Of a stretch of 34,636 nt of DNA, positions 33,424 through 34,636 are shown piece after piece. The notes beneath the pieces are model-generated. The model was not told the DNA's origin. It searched no databases and saw nothing but the letters and a program-made list of their open reading frames with translations. The stretch's first letter is position 1. Every line of letters begins with the position of its first letter. The position numbers and the translations under genes are program-made. Source of the DNA: Cloacimonetes bacterium TCS62 (lineage in GTDB: Bacteria; Cloacimonadota; Cloacimonadia; Cloacimonadales; TCS61); assembly GCA_001577185.1 (NCBI GenBank), contig LSCM01000001.1, forward strand, positions 1 through 34,636, in the 5' to 3' direction.

Positions 33424-34509
33424 ATGCAAAGAATGACTATATTGATCATAGTGATTTTGTTAATAGTTGGGAATTTATTTGCAGAAACTCTAGAAGAGAC
33501 AATAGAAGATCTTTCGGGCAAAGCTGCAGAAGGCTATGTTGGACCAATTGTATCTGCTTTCGGAACAAATCTAAATGGTGGGTGGTATCACAAAGCTCCC
33601 AAAAGTAAATTCTTACATATCGATATCGAATTTGGAATCGTGTTTATGGGTACTACTTTCCCCGATGATGTTAAAGATTTTGATGTAAATGGAAATTTCC
33701 GTTTTACTGAAGTTCAAGCTGATAGTTTAACAAAAAATTTTTCTGATTCTCCAGAATTGCAAGAAGCTCTTATGGAAGCTATTATGCAACAAGATTTTGA
33801 AGTAGGAATTCATGGTCCTACAATTATTGGTTCAGCAGATGAAGAAATTGTTATAGATTTTCCTGAACAAGAAATCACGGTTGAATATGAAGTAGCAGGA
33901 CAGACAATAGAAACTACAGAAACAATCGATAGTTTACTTATTCATACAGGTGTTAGTGGTATTTTAGAAGATATGCCAATGTTGCCGTTAGGCGCACCTC
34001 AACTTAGTGTAGGTACATTATATGGGACAAAACTTATCGCTCGTTACTTACCACCAATGGATCTAGGAGAAGAATTAGGTGAATTTAGTTATACTGGATT
34101 AGGTATCCAGCACAATCCAAAAGCATGGATATTTTTACCAATACCAGTAGATGTGAGTGCATCATTCTTTACTCAACACATGGAATTGGGTAATTATATT
34201 TCAGCTAGAGCAAATGCTTTTGGAATTAATGTAAGTAAGCAATTTGGCTTTAGAATGCTTAATATTACACCTTATGCCGGAATGATGCTAGAAAATTCTG
34301 TAATGGAATTTACTTACGATTATGTTATTGGGGAAAATCCTATTTCAGGAGAACCCATGGAGCAGAACGTAAACTTTGAAATAGAGGGAGAAAATAATTC
34401 TCGTTTAACAATTGGGACTTCACTACGTTTAGGAGTTTTTAACTTAAATGCGGATTATAACATTGGTTCTTACAATTCATTCACTGCAGGATTTGCAGTA
34501 GGATTTTAA
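33424..34509 (+). CDS. outer-membrane beta-barrel protein of unknown family
   Basis: Signal peptide MQRMTILIIVILLIVGNLFA. Alternating hydrophobic beta-strand pattern in the C-terminal half. C-terminus ...SFTAGFAVGF ends in the aromatic residue typical of a BAM beta-signal. Confidence 0.6.
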   Translation: MQRMTILIIVILLIVGNLFAETLEETIEDLSGKAAEGYVGPIVSAFGTNLNGGWYHKAPKSKFLHIDIEFGIVFMGTTFPDDVKDFDVNGNFRFTEVQADSLTKNFSDSPELQEALMEAIMQQDFEVGIHGPTIIGSADEEIVIDFPEQEITVEYEVAGQTIETTETIDSLLIHTGVSGILEDMPMLPLGAPQLSVGTLYGTKLIARYLPPMDLGEELGEFSYTGLGIQHNPKAWIFLPIPVDVSASFFTQHMELGNYISARANAFGINVSKQFGFRMLNITPYAGMMLENSVMEFTYDYVIGENPISGEPMEQNVNFEIEGENNSRLTIGTSLRLGVFNLNADYNIGSYNSFTAGFAVGF

Positions 34510-34524
34510 ACCTTAAATTATCTA

Positions 34525-34550
34525 AAGAAGCCCATTCAAACGGGCTTCTT
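34525..34550 (+). terminator. terminator-like hairpin after the OMP gene
   Basis: 9-bp stem AAGAAGCCC (34525-34533) / GGGCTTCTT (34542-34550), 8-nt loop. The T tract is weak (TTGCT). Confidence 0.45.
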
Positions 34551-34554
34551 TGCT

Positions 34555-34636
34555 ATGGAGATAATATTGAAATTCGATGATGTAATATTTTCAAGGAAAA
34601 GTATTCGCAGTTTCAGTGATCAAGAAATATCAGATG
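34555..34636 (+). CDS. nitroreductase-family protein, N-terminal fragment (runs off the window)
   Basis: MEIILKFDDVIFSRKSIRSFSDQEISD. The R-x-S-x-R-x-F pattern is typical of nitroreductase N-termini. Only 27 codons are visible. Confidence 0.4.
   Translation, partial: MEIILKFDDVIFSRKSIRSFSDQEISD

Overview
AT-rich, tightly packed bacterial chromosomal segment using the standard code (TAA, TAG and TGA all occur as stops). It is dominated by core housekeeping genes. From left to right: (1) A partial tRNA(CAT), then on the minus strand rpsU - terminator - cvpA - mutS2 - small membrane protein - dnaG - rpoD, which is an expanded macromolecular-synthesis-type cluster. (2) On the plus strand rocD, a large repeat-rich non-coding island, an ABC substrate-binding lipoprotein plus permease with no ATPase, a pilin-like small protein, thiamine pyrophosphokinase and a TPR protein. 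(3) A long minus-strand block, rimP-nusA-ylxR-ylxQ-infB-rbfA-nrnA-truB-ribF-radA. (4) A plus-strand pair, a C-N hydrolase and a membrane-anchored beta-helix protein. (5) A minus-strand block, coaBC-SDR-Omp85-like barrel-DUF3108-like-queA-birA-NFACT(RqcH-like)-queC. (6) An orphan outer-membrane beta-barrel gene and the start of a nitroreductase-like gene. I recognise no transposases, integrases, CRISPR arrays, cas genes or known defence genes, so most of the window is ordinary. The one stretch that gene content does not explain is the ~815-bp non-coding island at 8794-9609. It holds a 2 x 78-bp tandem duplication whose 45-bp core carries a covarying hairpin/dyad and a minus-strand promoter-like signal, a possible ~90-nt terminator-ended sRNA, and tandem heptamer and octamer arrays built on the same GTGAAWT word. 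All functional readings of that island are inference and need transcript or comparative data. Protein calls rest on motifs read from the translations, not on database searches.
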